Source: a bacterium (GTDB lineage: Bacteria > UBP7 > UBA6624). From it: a stretch of DNA of 32,000 nt. A program made the position numbers and the translations under genes. The stretch's first letter is position 1; the number at the start of each line of letters is the position of its first letter. The stretch spans positions 1 through 32,000 of the forward strand of contig PBAU01000011.1 in NCBI GenBank assembly GCA_002716355.1, read 5' to 3'. Shown piece after piece: positions 23,949 to 32,000 of this stretch. Below the pieces are notes generated by a model. The model did not search any database. It saw only the letters and a program-made list of their open reading frames with translations, and was not told where the DNA came from.

Positions 23949-24773
23949 CTAAAAATCAGTAGGGTAGATTCCTTTTTGGAATTTTTTTAAAATTTCACCT
24001 TTCGTATATTCAAAATCTTCTTTATATGTCACTCCGCACCATTTCTCATGAGAGTAAAGAGCTTTTACTTGAATTTTTTTTTGATTTATCTCTTCTTGAA
24101 CGAATCCAGGTAATAAAAATTCAGAATCATTATCTTTGATTTCATCAATGAATTTCTTATAGCTTTTTTTTAAGCTTCCGAATATGCTGGGTTGAAAGCC
24201 CCAGAGGTTCATTGAAACAGGTGGATCACCTTCTGTGAATTCATTTAAATCATGTGTTTCTTTTATTTCAGTTAGGTTATTGTTTTTATCTATTTTGCAT
24301 ACACCTCTCGAGACTCCTCCATGGATAGACAATGTTTGCCTTAACGGGAAGGTCATTATTGCAGACCTTTGGTCAGATTGTAGAAATCGAATAAGCATTT
24401 TTATGGATTGTGATCCATAATAATCATCTGCATTTGCCACAATGAAGGGTTCATTGATATGGTTTTCTGCGCATAAAACAGCATGTCCCGTCCCTAATGG
24501 TTTGACCCGGTTTCTTATTGGGTTTTTCTGTAATACAAATTTTGTTTTTATTTTTTTAGAAATTTTTGAGAATTTTTCTTTTATTTGCTCTTGAGCATCT
24601 TCTCTTGTTATGAGGATGATTTTTGTGCACCCATGCTTCCATGCATCATATGCAGTTAACTCTGCTAAAGATTCACCATTTGGCCCAATTTTTTCAATTT
24701 GTTTTAGGCCCCCGTACCTAGAACCCATGCCAGCTGCAAGTATCAATAGCGATATTTGGTTATTGTGTTTCAA
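23949..24773 (-). CDS. Sugar-1-phosphate nucleotidyltransferase (NTP_transferase fold)
   Basis: N-terminal LLILAAGMGSRYGGLKQ (G-rich NTP-binding loop LAAGxGxR) and later PLGTGHAVLCA. TTG start at 24773, the only canonical start upstream of the loop. Confidence 0.7.
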   Translation of the reverse strand: MKHNNQISLLILAAGMGSRYGGLKQIEKIGPNGESLAELTAYDAWKHGCTKIILITREDAQEQIKEKFSKISKKIKTKFVLQKNPIRNRVKPLGTGHAVLCAENHINEPFIVANADDYYGSQSIKMLIRFLQSDQRSAIMTFPLRQTLSIHGGVSRGVCKIDKNNNLTEIKETHDLNEFTEGDPPVSMNLWGFQPSIFGSLKKSYKKFIDEIKDNDSEFLLPGFVQEEINQKKIQVKALYSHEKWCGVTYKEDFEYTKGEILKKFQKGIYPTDF

Positions 24774-24782
24774 ATTAATGGA

Positions 24783-24796
24783 TATGGTAATACGAT
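24783..24796. promoter_or_regulatory. Copy B of the shared 14-nt element TATGGTAATACGAT in the nucleotidyltransferase / purL divergent gap
   Basis: Identical 14-mer to 21282-21295. It lies 9 nt from the TTG start (24773) of the minus-strand gene and ends 8 nt before purL ATG 24805. Confidence 0.3.
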
Positions 24797-24804
24797 TTAC
24801 CTAT

Positions 24805-26952
24805 ATGGAACTCCAAGAAAAGCTCAAAAGCGTTGGATTAAAGCTTGAAGAATATGAAAATGCTAAAAAAATTGTAGGAAGAGATTTAAATAATATAGAA
24901 ATCGGTATATTGAGTACTGTTTGGAGTGAGCATTGTTCATACAAATCTTCAAAAATACATCTCAAGAGGCTGCCGGTCAAAGGAAGTCAGGTTGCCCAAG
25001 GACCTGGGGAGAATGCTGGCGCTGTTAGGCTGGGCGAAGGTTGGGTTGCTGTTTTTAAGATGGAAAGTCACAATCATCCATCAGCAATTGCTCCAAAACA
25101 GGGCTCAGCAACTGGTGTTGGTGGGATAATTCGAGACGTGCTTTCCATTGGGGCTCCAGCTTCAGCAGTATTAGACATTTTAATGTTCCCACAAGAGGAC
25201 TTTTCAAAAACGCCCTGGTATCTTAATGGTGTTGTTGATGGTGTTGGAAGTTATGGTAATTGTGTAGGTGTTCCTAATCTTGGAGGACAGACTAGTTTTT
25301 ATCCTGGTTATGAAGGGAACCCTCTTGTTAATGCGATGTGTGTTGGTTTGTGCAAGGAAGAGGATATGAAAAAAGCTGTAGCAAGCGGTATTGGCAACAG
25401 CCTTATACTTATTGGAGCGCCCACTGGGAGAGATGGGATTCACGGAGCCACTTTTGCCTCTATGGATTTAGATGAAGACTCAGGTGACGACCTTCCTGCT
25501 GTCCAGGTGGGAGATCCCTTTAGAGAAAAACTTTTAATTGAGGCAACTTCTGAAATCTTAGAACAATGTGAAGTTGTTGGTTTACAGGATTTGGGTGCAG
25601 GTGGCATCACGGGATCATCAGCAGAGATGGCTGGTGCAGCTGGTTTAGGTGTGATTGTGCATTTGGACAAAGTGCCTCAACGAGAAAAAGACATGCGTGA
25701 TTACGATGTTGCATTATCAGAAAGCCAAGAGAGAGCTTTGATATGTGCAACTCCAGAAAATGTAGAAAAAATCATTAGTATTGCAGAAAAATGGGATTTA
25801 AGAGCAGCGGAAGTGGGAGTAGTAACAGAGACAGGAAAATTACAAATGATGTGGAATGAAGAGATTGTATGTGATTTGCCAATAAGTCTTATTGATATGG
25901 ATCTTGAGTATGATAGACCGCAAAAAAAACCTGATTTAAAAAAAGCAGATTTTCAAACTTCATCCAATAACTTAGACGATATTGAAAATGTTCTATTAAA
26001 AATGTCTTCAAATCCAAATATAGCTAGTAAAAAGTGGGTTTGGAGACAGTATGACAGTCAGGTTCAAGCTTCAACAATTTTTAAACAAGGTAATGATTCA
26101 GGTGTAATCAAGGTTCCCAACTCTAATTTAGCAGTTGGGATGACTGCTGATGCAAAACCAATGTGGTGTTCTATTGATTCATACTGGGGTGCGGCTCATA
26201 CTGTTGTTGAAGCAGTGTGCAATCTTGCATCAAAAGGAATCAAGGCTTTAGGTACTACTAATTGTTTAAATTTTGGCAATCCAGAAAACCCTACTGTGAT
26301 GTATTCTTTCTCACAGGCAGTTGATGGCATAACAAAAGCATGCCTCGAGATGAATACTCCAATTACAGGTGGTAATGTTTCTTTCTATAATGAAAGTCCT
26401 GATGGTGCTATTCCTCCAACTCCTAGTATAGGAATGGTTGGAGTGGCAGAAGATGTTTCTGCGATCCTCGGGTCACAGATACATCCAGGTGATAAGGTTT
26501 ATGTTTTTGGAAATAAGCATTGGGACTTGGAGGGTTCTGAATTTTTAAGATATGTAATGGGATCCAAACAATCAATGCTTCCAGAACTAAATTTCCAAGA
26601 TGCAAGATCAAGCATAAATCAAGCAATCAAAATAAGAAAAGAAGCTAAGTGGATGGCTGATGTTTCCGAAGGTGGTATTTTTGATTGTGTTTTGAGAATG
26701 GTGCCTGAAGGTAATGGCATTAATCTTTTCTGTCCTGAGGGGATACATTGGACAAGTTTTTTGTTTTCTGAAGAGCCACATAGGTTTATTGTTTGTTGTG
26801 ATAAAGATATTAATGCAGATGACGCGATGTTGATAGGTGAAATTTCTAGAGAGGAAATTTTTTCAATTAAGAAAAAGGATGTTTTTTCTACTGATTTGAG
26901 AATTTTAAAAAATTCTTTTGAAAGCACAATTCAAAATATAGCTGATTTTTAA
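24805..26952 (+). CDS. purL: Phosphoribosylformylglycinamidine synthase subunit PurL (small/split type)
   Basis: WSEHCSYKSSK, GENAGAV, ESHNHPSAIAP, GVGGIIRDV, DPFREK, GLQDLGAGGI, SESQERAL; about 715 aa. ATG 24805 gives a typical N-terminus. ATG 24784 is an in-frame alternative. The ORF-track start 24610 would overlap the divergent gene. Confidence 0.9.
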   Translation: MELQEKLKSVGLKLEEYENAKKIVGRDLNNIEIGILSTVWSEHCSYKSSKIHLKRLPVKGSQVAQGPGENAGAVRLGEGWVAVFKMESHNHPSAIAPKQGSATGVGGIIRDVLSIGAPASAVLDILMFPQEDFSKTPWYLNGVVDGVGSYGNCVGVPNLGGQTSFYPGYEGNPLVNAMCVGLCKEEDMKKAVASGIGNSLILIGAPTGRDGIHGATFASMDLDEDSGDDLPAVQVGDPFREKLLIEATSEILEQCEVVGLQDLGAGGITGSSAEMAGAAGLGVIVHLDKVPQREKDMRDYDVALSESQERALICATPENVEKIISIAEKWDLRAAEVGVVTETGKLQMMWNEEIVCDLPISLIDMDLEYDRPQKKPDLKKADFQTSSNNLDDIENVLLKMSSNPNIASKKWVWRQYDSQVQASTIFKQGNDSGVIKVPNSNLAVGMTADAKPMWCSIDSYWGAAHTVVEAVCNLASKGIKALGTTNCLNFGNPENPTVMYSFSQAVDGITKACLEMNTPITGGNVSFYNESPDGAIPPTPSIGMVGVAEDVSAILGSQIHPGDKVYVFGNKHWDLEGSEFLRYVMGSKQSMLPELNFQDARSSINQAIKIRKEAKWMADVSEGGIFDCVLRMVPEGNGINLFCPEGIHWTSFLFSEEPHRFIVCCDKDINADDAMLIGEISREEIFSIKKKDVFSTDLRILKNSFESTIQNIADF

Positions 26953-27881
26953 TAAACTTTTAAAGGGATAAGCCAGTCGGATTTTTCACATGAGGCAAGT
27001 GTCCATAAATATCCAGAAAAAGAAAAATCGATAAATTTGCCATTTTCACAATCTATATTGAATCTTTCCTCAACATCTTCTATTGTTAGTTTTTCTGGAG
27101 TGGTATCAAATCCAGTCCATCCGCTCCACAGCTCTGTTCCTTCTTCTGAGATTGCCCAATATTTACCATTTTCAAATTGTTTATATTTTTTCACGCTATC
27201 AGGCATTTGTTTTTGAGATTTTTCAACATATTCATTATTTTCAAATCTATAAGAAAATACGACGTCAAAAAAACATAAGTTAGCCCATCCGTATTCGTAC
27301 ACATTTACACAACTGAACCCCTTTTCACCATGTATTTTATAAAGCTGAACCCCCTTAACCTCAGTACCGTTATCAGGTCGGTTATTGATTTTAATAACAC
27401 TTTCATCCTCTGCAATAAAATCATTCATGTTTAACTCTATGTAATGTGGTGATGGCACACTGTTTGAATCACCATATCGTGCTAAACCAACAAATTTATC
27501 AGGTGATTCCCAGTAGCCTGAGATAATAGGCATAAATCTAAAAATACTTGAACTGCCCGGTATTTTTTTTTGTATTTTTTTATTTTTTATATCGATTTTA
27601 TAAAAACCTTGTGGCCATGAAGATGTCCATAAATTATTCTGATAAACCTCTATGTCTAAGGCTCTAATCACGGTACCTTTTGGCCTGAATGAGAAAATAG
27701 ATTTATTTGTTTTTTGGTTAAATACTTTGATAAGCGATTTATTATCTTTTTCAGTATAGTAGATGGCATACTGTTGGTTCATCTGATCAACAGAAATTAG
27801 CTCCGGTTTACTGTTGTCTTTCTCTTTTTTTAGTTCTATTGGCTGTATGCCAATTTGTAGTAAAAACAAAATAACAAACAT
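26949..27881 (-). CDS. Hypothetical protein, 310 aa, W/Y/F-rich, probably beta-rich; last gene of the secA-lnt operon
   Basis: ATG 27881 directly abuts the lnt stop (27882-27884). Protein-like composition. No motif recognised. Confidence 0.55.
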   Translation of the reverse strand: MFVILFLLQIGIQPIELKKEKDNSKPELISVDQMNQQYAIYYTEKDNKSLIKVFNQKTNKSIFSFRPKGTVIRALDIEVYQNNLWTSSWPQGFYKIDIKNKKIQKKIPGSSSIFRFMPIISGYWESPDKFVGLARYGDSNSVPSPHYIELNMNDFIAEDESVIKINNRPDNGTEVKGVQLYKIHGEKGFSCVNVYEYGWANLCFFDVVFSYRFENNEYVEKSQKQMPDSVKKYKQFENGKYWAISEEGTELWSGWTGFDTTPEKLTIEDVEERFNIDCENGKFIDFSFSGYLWTLASCEKSDWLIPLKVY

Positions 27882-29309
27882 TTATTTTCTTCTTGTATTT
27901 ATTAAACAGAGGATAAATGATGGAATCAATAGTAAAAAATCACCAAATTGATTAAACATAGTAGTCTTTTTTTGTATTTTTATCTTTTGATTTCGGAACA
28001 AATCTTCACCTAAAGGGCTTTCAAATAAAACTTCACCATTTATATTCACAACAGATGAACCTCCACCTGTGATCACAGAAATCATGTTTCTTCCTGATTC
28101 AATTGCTCTCATTTTGATTAATCGACTAAATTGCTGTGTAGCATTTTGAGAAAACCAAGAAGTATTGGATGCAACTACTAAAAAATCTGTATTTTTTGAT
28201 ACTTGAGTTCTTGTTGCTTCAGGAAATAATGCTTCCCAGCAAAGCAAAGGTCCAATATTGAGATTGTTTACAATAATGTCACCACCACCATCACCTGGAG
28301 AAACATCCCTAACAGGCCACCCATAATCTGGCATGATTTCGGTAACTAGTTTTCTAAAGATTACAAATTCACCCATTGGAACTAAAAATCTTTTTTCATA
28401 AGGTTTTTCAAGATATTTGTTGTCTGGATACGAAACCCCATATACATTATGAAAATTTTCAGAATCATTAATAAATGCTCCGTAAAGTATGGGTACATCA
28501 GATTTTTTTGATATGCTTGCTACAACATCGCTAGGGTATTCTGAAACTATAGCTGATTCAGGCCATAATATCACTTGGGGTTTATTTTCGAAACTAGAAC
28601 TTCCTTTTAAATAAAATTGTTTGATTTCTTCAAGCACATTTGCATCCCATCTTTGAATCGCAGCCTTGCCATTTGACACCATTCTGACTGTTGTTTCAGC
28701 TTCAAAATCCTCAATATTATTCTTAAGTGGAAAACCGTAAATAAAACAAAGAGAACATAAGCATATTGCTTTGGCTAGATTATCTTTTTTTGTAAGTGAT
28801 GAATAAAGAGATACTGCAAAAAGCATCAATATGAAAGACAGTCCATTTAATCCAACTATCGATGCAAAAGCCATATTTTCTGGGTTCCACGTTAGCCAAT
28901 TTCCCAAATTAGTCCATGACCATTTAAACATCCCAAGACCTCTTGAGTATTCAAATAAATACCAAGCAAAGGGTATAAGCCATAAAATGTTATTTTTATT
29001 CTTTACCTTCTGTCTCAAACATGTAAAAAGGTAACAAAAAAATGCAAATTCTGATGCAAGAATTAATGCAACAAGAACCCATGCAACAGGTGAAAGAGCT
29101 TTCATCCAATAAACAGCAATAATATTTTGGACAAAAATAATTAATGATCCATATTTGATCAAATCTATGGATTTGTATTCACATAAAGCATAAACCATAA
29201 AGACCAAAGAAAGAACAGCAATAGGCCATGCATTTTCAAAAAGAAAAGGTGCGCTCCATAATGCACCAATTATTATTGATATAAATATTTTATTTTTAAA
29301 AATATTCAT
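27882..29309 (-). CDS. lnt: Apolipoprotein N-acyltransferase
   Basis: N-terminal multi-TM region plus a C-terminal CN-hydrolase domain with the E-K-C triad context: VILWPESA, KRFLVPMGEF, GPLLCWEALFPE. The start overlaps the secA stop (ATGA). Confidence 0.85.
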   Translation of the reverse strand: MNIFKNKIFISIIIGALWSAPFLFENAWPIAVLSLVFMVYALCEYKSIDLIKYGSLIIFVQNIIAVYWMKALSPVAWVLVALILASEFAFFCYLFTCLRQKVKNKNNILWLIPFAWYLFEYSRGLGMFKWSWTNLGNWLTWNPENMAFASIVGLNGLSFILMLFAVSLYSSLTKKDNLAKAICLCSLCFIYGFPLKNNIEDFEAETTVRMVSNGKAAIQRWDANVLEEIKQFYLKGSSSFENKPQVILWPESAIVSEYPSDVVASISKKSDVPILYGAFINDSENFHNVYGVSYPDNKYLEKPYEKRFLVPMGEFVIFRKLVTEIMPDYGWPVRDVSPGDGGGDIIVNNLNIGPLLCWEALFPEATRTQVSKNTDFLVVASNTSWFSQNATQQFSRLIKMRAIESGRNMISVITGGGSSVVNINGEVLFESPLGEDLFRNQKIKIQKKTTMFNQFGDFLLLIPSFILCLINTRRK

Positions 29310-31945
29310 TTGTTTGTGCAGTTAGGCCAACATTTTTTATATTTTTTACCGCTGCCACAGGGACAAGGATCATTTCTTCCAACCTTTTTTAAATCATCTT
29401 TTTTACCAAGAAAGGCATTCATTTTTGTTTTAGTTTCTTTGTTTTCATTGTTTTGAATCGGCATTGGTTTTTCTTTTTGTTTGACTTTTGCCATAAACAC
29501 CGCCTGAATCACATCTCTTTGGATATTTTGGATAAGTATATTGAATAAATCAAAAGCTTCTTTTGCATAAACGGTCAGAGGGTCAACTCTTCCATATCCG
29601 CGCATCGACACGCCATCTCTTAAATTTGACATATCAGTTAGATGATTCATCCACCTTTTGTCAACTGCTCTTAATGCTGCCCATTTTGATAGCTGTTCCA
29701 TGATTGATTCACCCAGTTCCTCAACCCTTTTCCTCAAAGCATTTTTTGCAGATTCTTCTAATGTTTTTTCTATTTCAGAAGATTTTATATTTTCTTCTTT
29801 AAGCTTTTCTATTGCAGAGTCAGATAAAGGCATGACCACTGATAAATCTTGTTTTAACCCATCAATATTCCATTCCGATCTTTTCAATGATGTGGATGCA
29901 TGAGTTTCTATTGAGTTTTTTATTACGTCTGATATGAAGCCATCAATTTGTTTTAGGAAGTTGTTTATATTTAAAACATTTTCTCTTTCTTCATATATGA
30001 CCTTTCTTTGTTCATTTAGAACATCATCGTATTTCAGTAATGATTTTCTAACTTCGTAATGATGCCCCTCAATTCTTTTTTGGACATTTTCAATCATTCG
30101 ATCTAAAAGTGGATGGAATAATGCTTCATTTTCCGGCCATTGAAAACGACTCATCATTTCTTCAACCCTGTCAACAGCAAACCTACGCATGATGTCATCT
30201 TCTAAACTAAGTAGAAATTCACTAGACCCAGGATCACCTTGCCTGCCAGAACGTCCAATTAGTTGATTGTCAATCCTTCTCGCTTCATGTCGTTCTGTAC
30301 CTAAAACCTTAAGTCCTCCTAATTGGATAACCTTAGATGCTTCTTCTGCACATATCTGTTTTGCTTTTTTTGCATTTCTGTCTTTTATTTCCTTGCTTAA
30401 ATTTTCATCATCAGCTTTATGCCCTTCAGCTTCGATGAAATCTTTGGCTAAGAACTCAGGGTTACCGCCTAAAAGTATATCCGTTCCTCTTCCTGCCATG
30501 TTTGTAGCTATCGTCACGGCTCCATACCTTCCTGCCTGTGCAATTATGTTTGCTTCTTTTTCATGATGTTTAGCGTTAAGAACATTATGTAGTATTTTTT
30601 CTTTTTTTAGCATTTTTGATAATTTTTCACTATTTTCAATTGAAACGGTTCCAACCAGCACAGGTTGGCCCAAAGTGTTAGATTCTTTTATTTTTTTGAT
30701 AGCAGCTTGGTATTTCTCATGTTGTGATTTGTAAACTTCATCTCTGAATTTTTTTCTTTGCAGGTTTTGATTTGTTGGAACTGACATAACATCCATGTTA
30801 TAGATATCTATAAATTCCCTTTCTTCTGTTTTGGCGGTTCCAGTCATTCCTGAAAGTTTTTCATAGAGTCTGAAATAATTTTGAATTGTTATTGTTGCTA
30901 CAGTCAGTGTTTCAGCACGTATCGGAACCCTCTCTTTTGCCTCGATTGCTTGATGGAGGCCATCGCCATATCTCCTACCAAACATTAACCTACCTGTAAA
31001 TTCATCAACAATAATAATTTGCCCTTCTTTAACAATGTAGTCTCTTTCTTTCTGATAGAGAAATTTTGCCTTCAATGCTTGAGAGACTTTTTGATTGATT
31101 TGTGCATTTTCAAAATCAAATAAATTCTTTACATTTAGAGTATTTTGAATTTTGTCTACCCCTTGTTCATTTAAAACTACAGAATGTGATTTTTCTTCAA
31201 TTTCAACATCGTTTTGATTTATTTTCACAACTGCACGGTAAACAGATTCATACTCCCCAGTTGTTCCACTTGGTGGTCCTGATATTATCAAAGGAGTTCT
31301 TGCTTCATCAATCAATATGCTATCAACCTCATCCACAATTGCGAAAGAGTGACCCCTTTGTACTTTGTCATTATTGTTGTAAACCATATTGTCTTTCAGG
31401 TAATCGAAACCAAATGCAGAATTTGTTCCATAGGTTATGTCATTTTGGTATATTTGTTTTCTTTCTGCATTTGGTTTATCTTGCTGAAGTGATCCATAGT
31501 TCAAACCCATAAAACTGTAAAGAGGCCCCATCCATTCAGCATCTCTTTTAGCTAAATAATCATTAACTGTTACAACATGTACACCTTTTCCTGATAATGC
31601 ATTTAGGTAAACTGGCAGTGTTGCTGAAAGTGTTTTTCCTTCCCCCGTTACCATTTCAGCAATTCTTCCTTGATGCAACGCCGTTCCACCTAGAATTTGA
31701 ACATCATAATGTCTCATGCCAAGCGTTCTAACTGAGGCTTCTCTGACCGCAGCATATGCCTCAGGGAGTATTGAGTCAAGCTTTTCACCATTGCTGATTC
31801 TTGATTTAAATTCAGGGGTTAATCTTTGGATATCTCCATCAGAAAGTTTTTTCATTTTTTCTTCAAGAGAAGAAACCTTATTTAAGATTGGTTGAAGCTT
31901 CCTTACCTCAATTTTATTTTTGCTAAAATACTCTAAAAAGTTCAT
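29306..31945 (-). CDS. secA: Preprotein translocase ATPase SecA
   Basis: MRHYDVQILGGTALHQGRIAEMVTGEGKTL, VVTVNDYLAKRD, AIVDEVDSILIDEARTPLIISG, GMTGTA, TNMAGRGTDI, GTERHEARRIDNQLIGRSGRQGDPG, and a C-terminal Zn-finger-like tail DPCPCGSGKKYKKC. Confidence 0.95.
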   Translation of the reverse strand: MNFLEYFSKNKIEVRKLQPILNKVSSLEEKMKKLSDGDIQRLTPEFKSRISNGEKLDSILPEAYAAVREASVRTLGMRHYDVQILGGTALHQGRIAEMVTGEGKTLSATLPVYLNALSGKGVHVVTVNDYLAKRDAEWMGPLYSFMGLNYGSLQQDKPNAERKQIYQNDITYGTNSAFGFDYLKDNMVYNNNDKVQRGHSFAIVDEVDSILIDEARTPLIISGPPSGTTGEYESVYRAVVKINQNDVEIEEKSHSVVLNEQGVDKIQNTLNVKNLFDFENAQINQKVSQALKAKFLYQKERDYIVKEGQIIIVDEFTGRLMFGRRYGDGLHQAIEAKERVPIRAETLTVATITIQNYFRLYEKLSGMTGTAKTEEREFIDIYNMDVMSVPTNQNLQRKKFRDEVYKSQHEKYQAAIKKIKESNTLGQPVLVGTVSIENSEKLSKMLKKEKILHNVLNAKHHEKEANIIAQAGRYGAVTIATNMAGRGTDILLGGNPEFLAKDFIEAEGHKADDENLSKEIKDRNAKKAKQICAEEASKVIQLGGLKVLGTERHEARRIDNQLIGRSGRQGDPGSSEFLLSLEDDIMRRFAVDRVEEMMSRFQWPENEALFHPLLDRMIENVQKRIEGHHYEVRKSLLKYDDVLNEQRKVIYEERENVLNINNFLKQIDGFISDVIKNSIETHASTSLKRSEWNIDGLKQDLSVVMPLSDSAIEKLKEENIKSSEIEKTLEESAKNALRKRVEELGESIMEQLSKWAALRAVDKRWMNHLTDMSNLRDGVSMRGYGRVDPLTVYAKEAFDLFNILIQNIQRDVIQAVFMAKVKQKEKPMPIQNNENKETKTKMNAFLGKKDDLKKVGRNDPCPCGSGKKYKKCWPNCTNK

Positions 31946-32000
31946 TAATCAATTGATATGCTGCCTTGAGCTTTTTCTATAGTTCCTTTTTCTACAATTA
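31945..32000 (-). CDS. 3' end of an upstream gene (last 17 codons only), unidentified
   Basis: The minus-strand frame reads ...IVEKGTIEKAQGSISID-stop. Its TAA overlaps the secA ATG (TAATG), matching the coupling style seen elsewhere in the window. It is too short to identify. Confidence 0.3.
   Translation of the reverse strand, partial: IVEKGTIEKAQGSISID

Noticed and set aside
22936-24773. The kinase/NTase pair as a LicA/LicC phosphocholine pathway fed by the adjacent SSS transporter.
   Set aside because: The kinase catalytic loop (HYDTKISN, IDLDT) does not look like the choline-kinase motifs I recall (HNDL...N, IDxEY). There is no licD-like transferase nearby. I kept it only as an alternative to test.
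24610-24804. A 65-codon N-terminal extension of the purL ORF as listed in the ORF track.
   Set aside because: It overlaps the 5' part of the divergent nucleotidyltransferase gene on the other strand. Its sequence (MRMIFVHPCFHASY...) does not resemble PurL. ATG 24805 gives a typical PurL N-terminus.
23741-27571. A/T homopolymer runs of 8-9 nt inside coding regions (e.g. 23741-23749, 24074-24082, 27563-27571, 16986-16994) as phase-variation switches.
   Set aside because: They encode Lys/Phe-rich stretches, which are expected in an AT-rich genome. They occur in cytoplasmic enzymes as well as envelope proteins, and there is no evidence of frameshifted copies.
1-32000. CRISPR arrays, transposons/IS elements, prophage genes, retrons/DGRs, an rRNA operon, or an alternative genetic code.
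   Set aside because: I found no spaced direct repeats, no transposase, integrase or reverse-transcriptase-like ORFs, and no rRNA-like sequence. Long conserved genes are uninterrupted under the standard code.

Overview
This is an AT-rich, very gene-dense chromosomal segment from a diderm bacterium; lnt and several lipobox proteins are present. I cannot assign a lineage from the sequence alone. The standard genetic code fits: SecA, LysS, PurL, RpoD, Kbl and PilT are all intact. Non-coding gaps are about 60 nt or less, and many neighbouring genes overlap by 1-8 nt (ATGA, GTGA, TAATG). Left to right, the plus strand starts with a 5'-truncated GspG-like pseudopilin with a long C-terminal extension, pilT, an unknown 193-aa gene, an acyltransferase-3 membrane protein and a ~1017-aa multi-beta-propeller lipoprotein. 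These are followed by tRNA-Thr(UGU), tdh-kbl (threonine catabolism) and a TroA/ZnuA-like lipoprotein lacking the metal-ligand histidines. Next, on the minus strand, a UbiA-family prenyltransferase (decaprenyl-phosphate phosphoribosyltransferase-like) is translationally coupled to two small unknown ORFs. A seven-gene overlapping plus-strand block follows: rpoD, efp, coaX-like, unknown, lysS, unknown, unknown. Then come a minus-strand phnD-C-E-E type ABC importer, a sodium:solute symporter with an untracked 42-codon membrane micro-ORF, and a minus-strand APH-fold sugar-kinase-like gene paired with a sugar-1-P nucleotidyltransferase. The window ends with purL and a minus-strand secA-lnt-unknown operon. 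I saw no CRISPR array, transposase, integrase, phage gene or rRNA. No textbook novel system is obvious. The best leads are: (1) the oversized pseudopilin / PilT / unknown / acyltransferase / propeller-lipoprotein block; (2) the UbiA gene with two translationally coupled orphan ORFs; (3) a 14-nt element found twice, each time 8-9 nt upstream of a TTG-initiated minus-strand gene inside a divergent promoter gap; (4) an ~85-aa insertion in region 3 of the primary sigma factor; (5) the micro-ORF coupled to the symporter; (6) convergent gene pairs sharing a palindromic TTAA as both stop codons. All family assignments rest on motifs read by eye and recalled from memory. None has been checked by a search.
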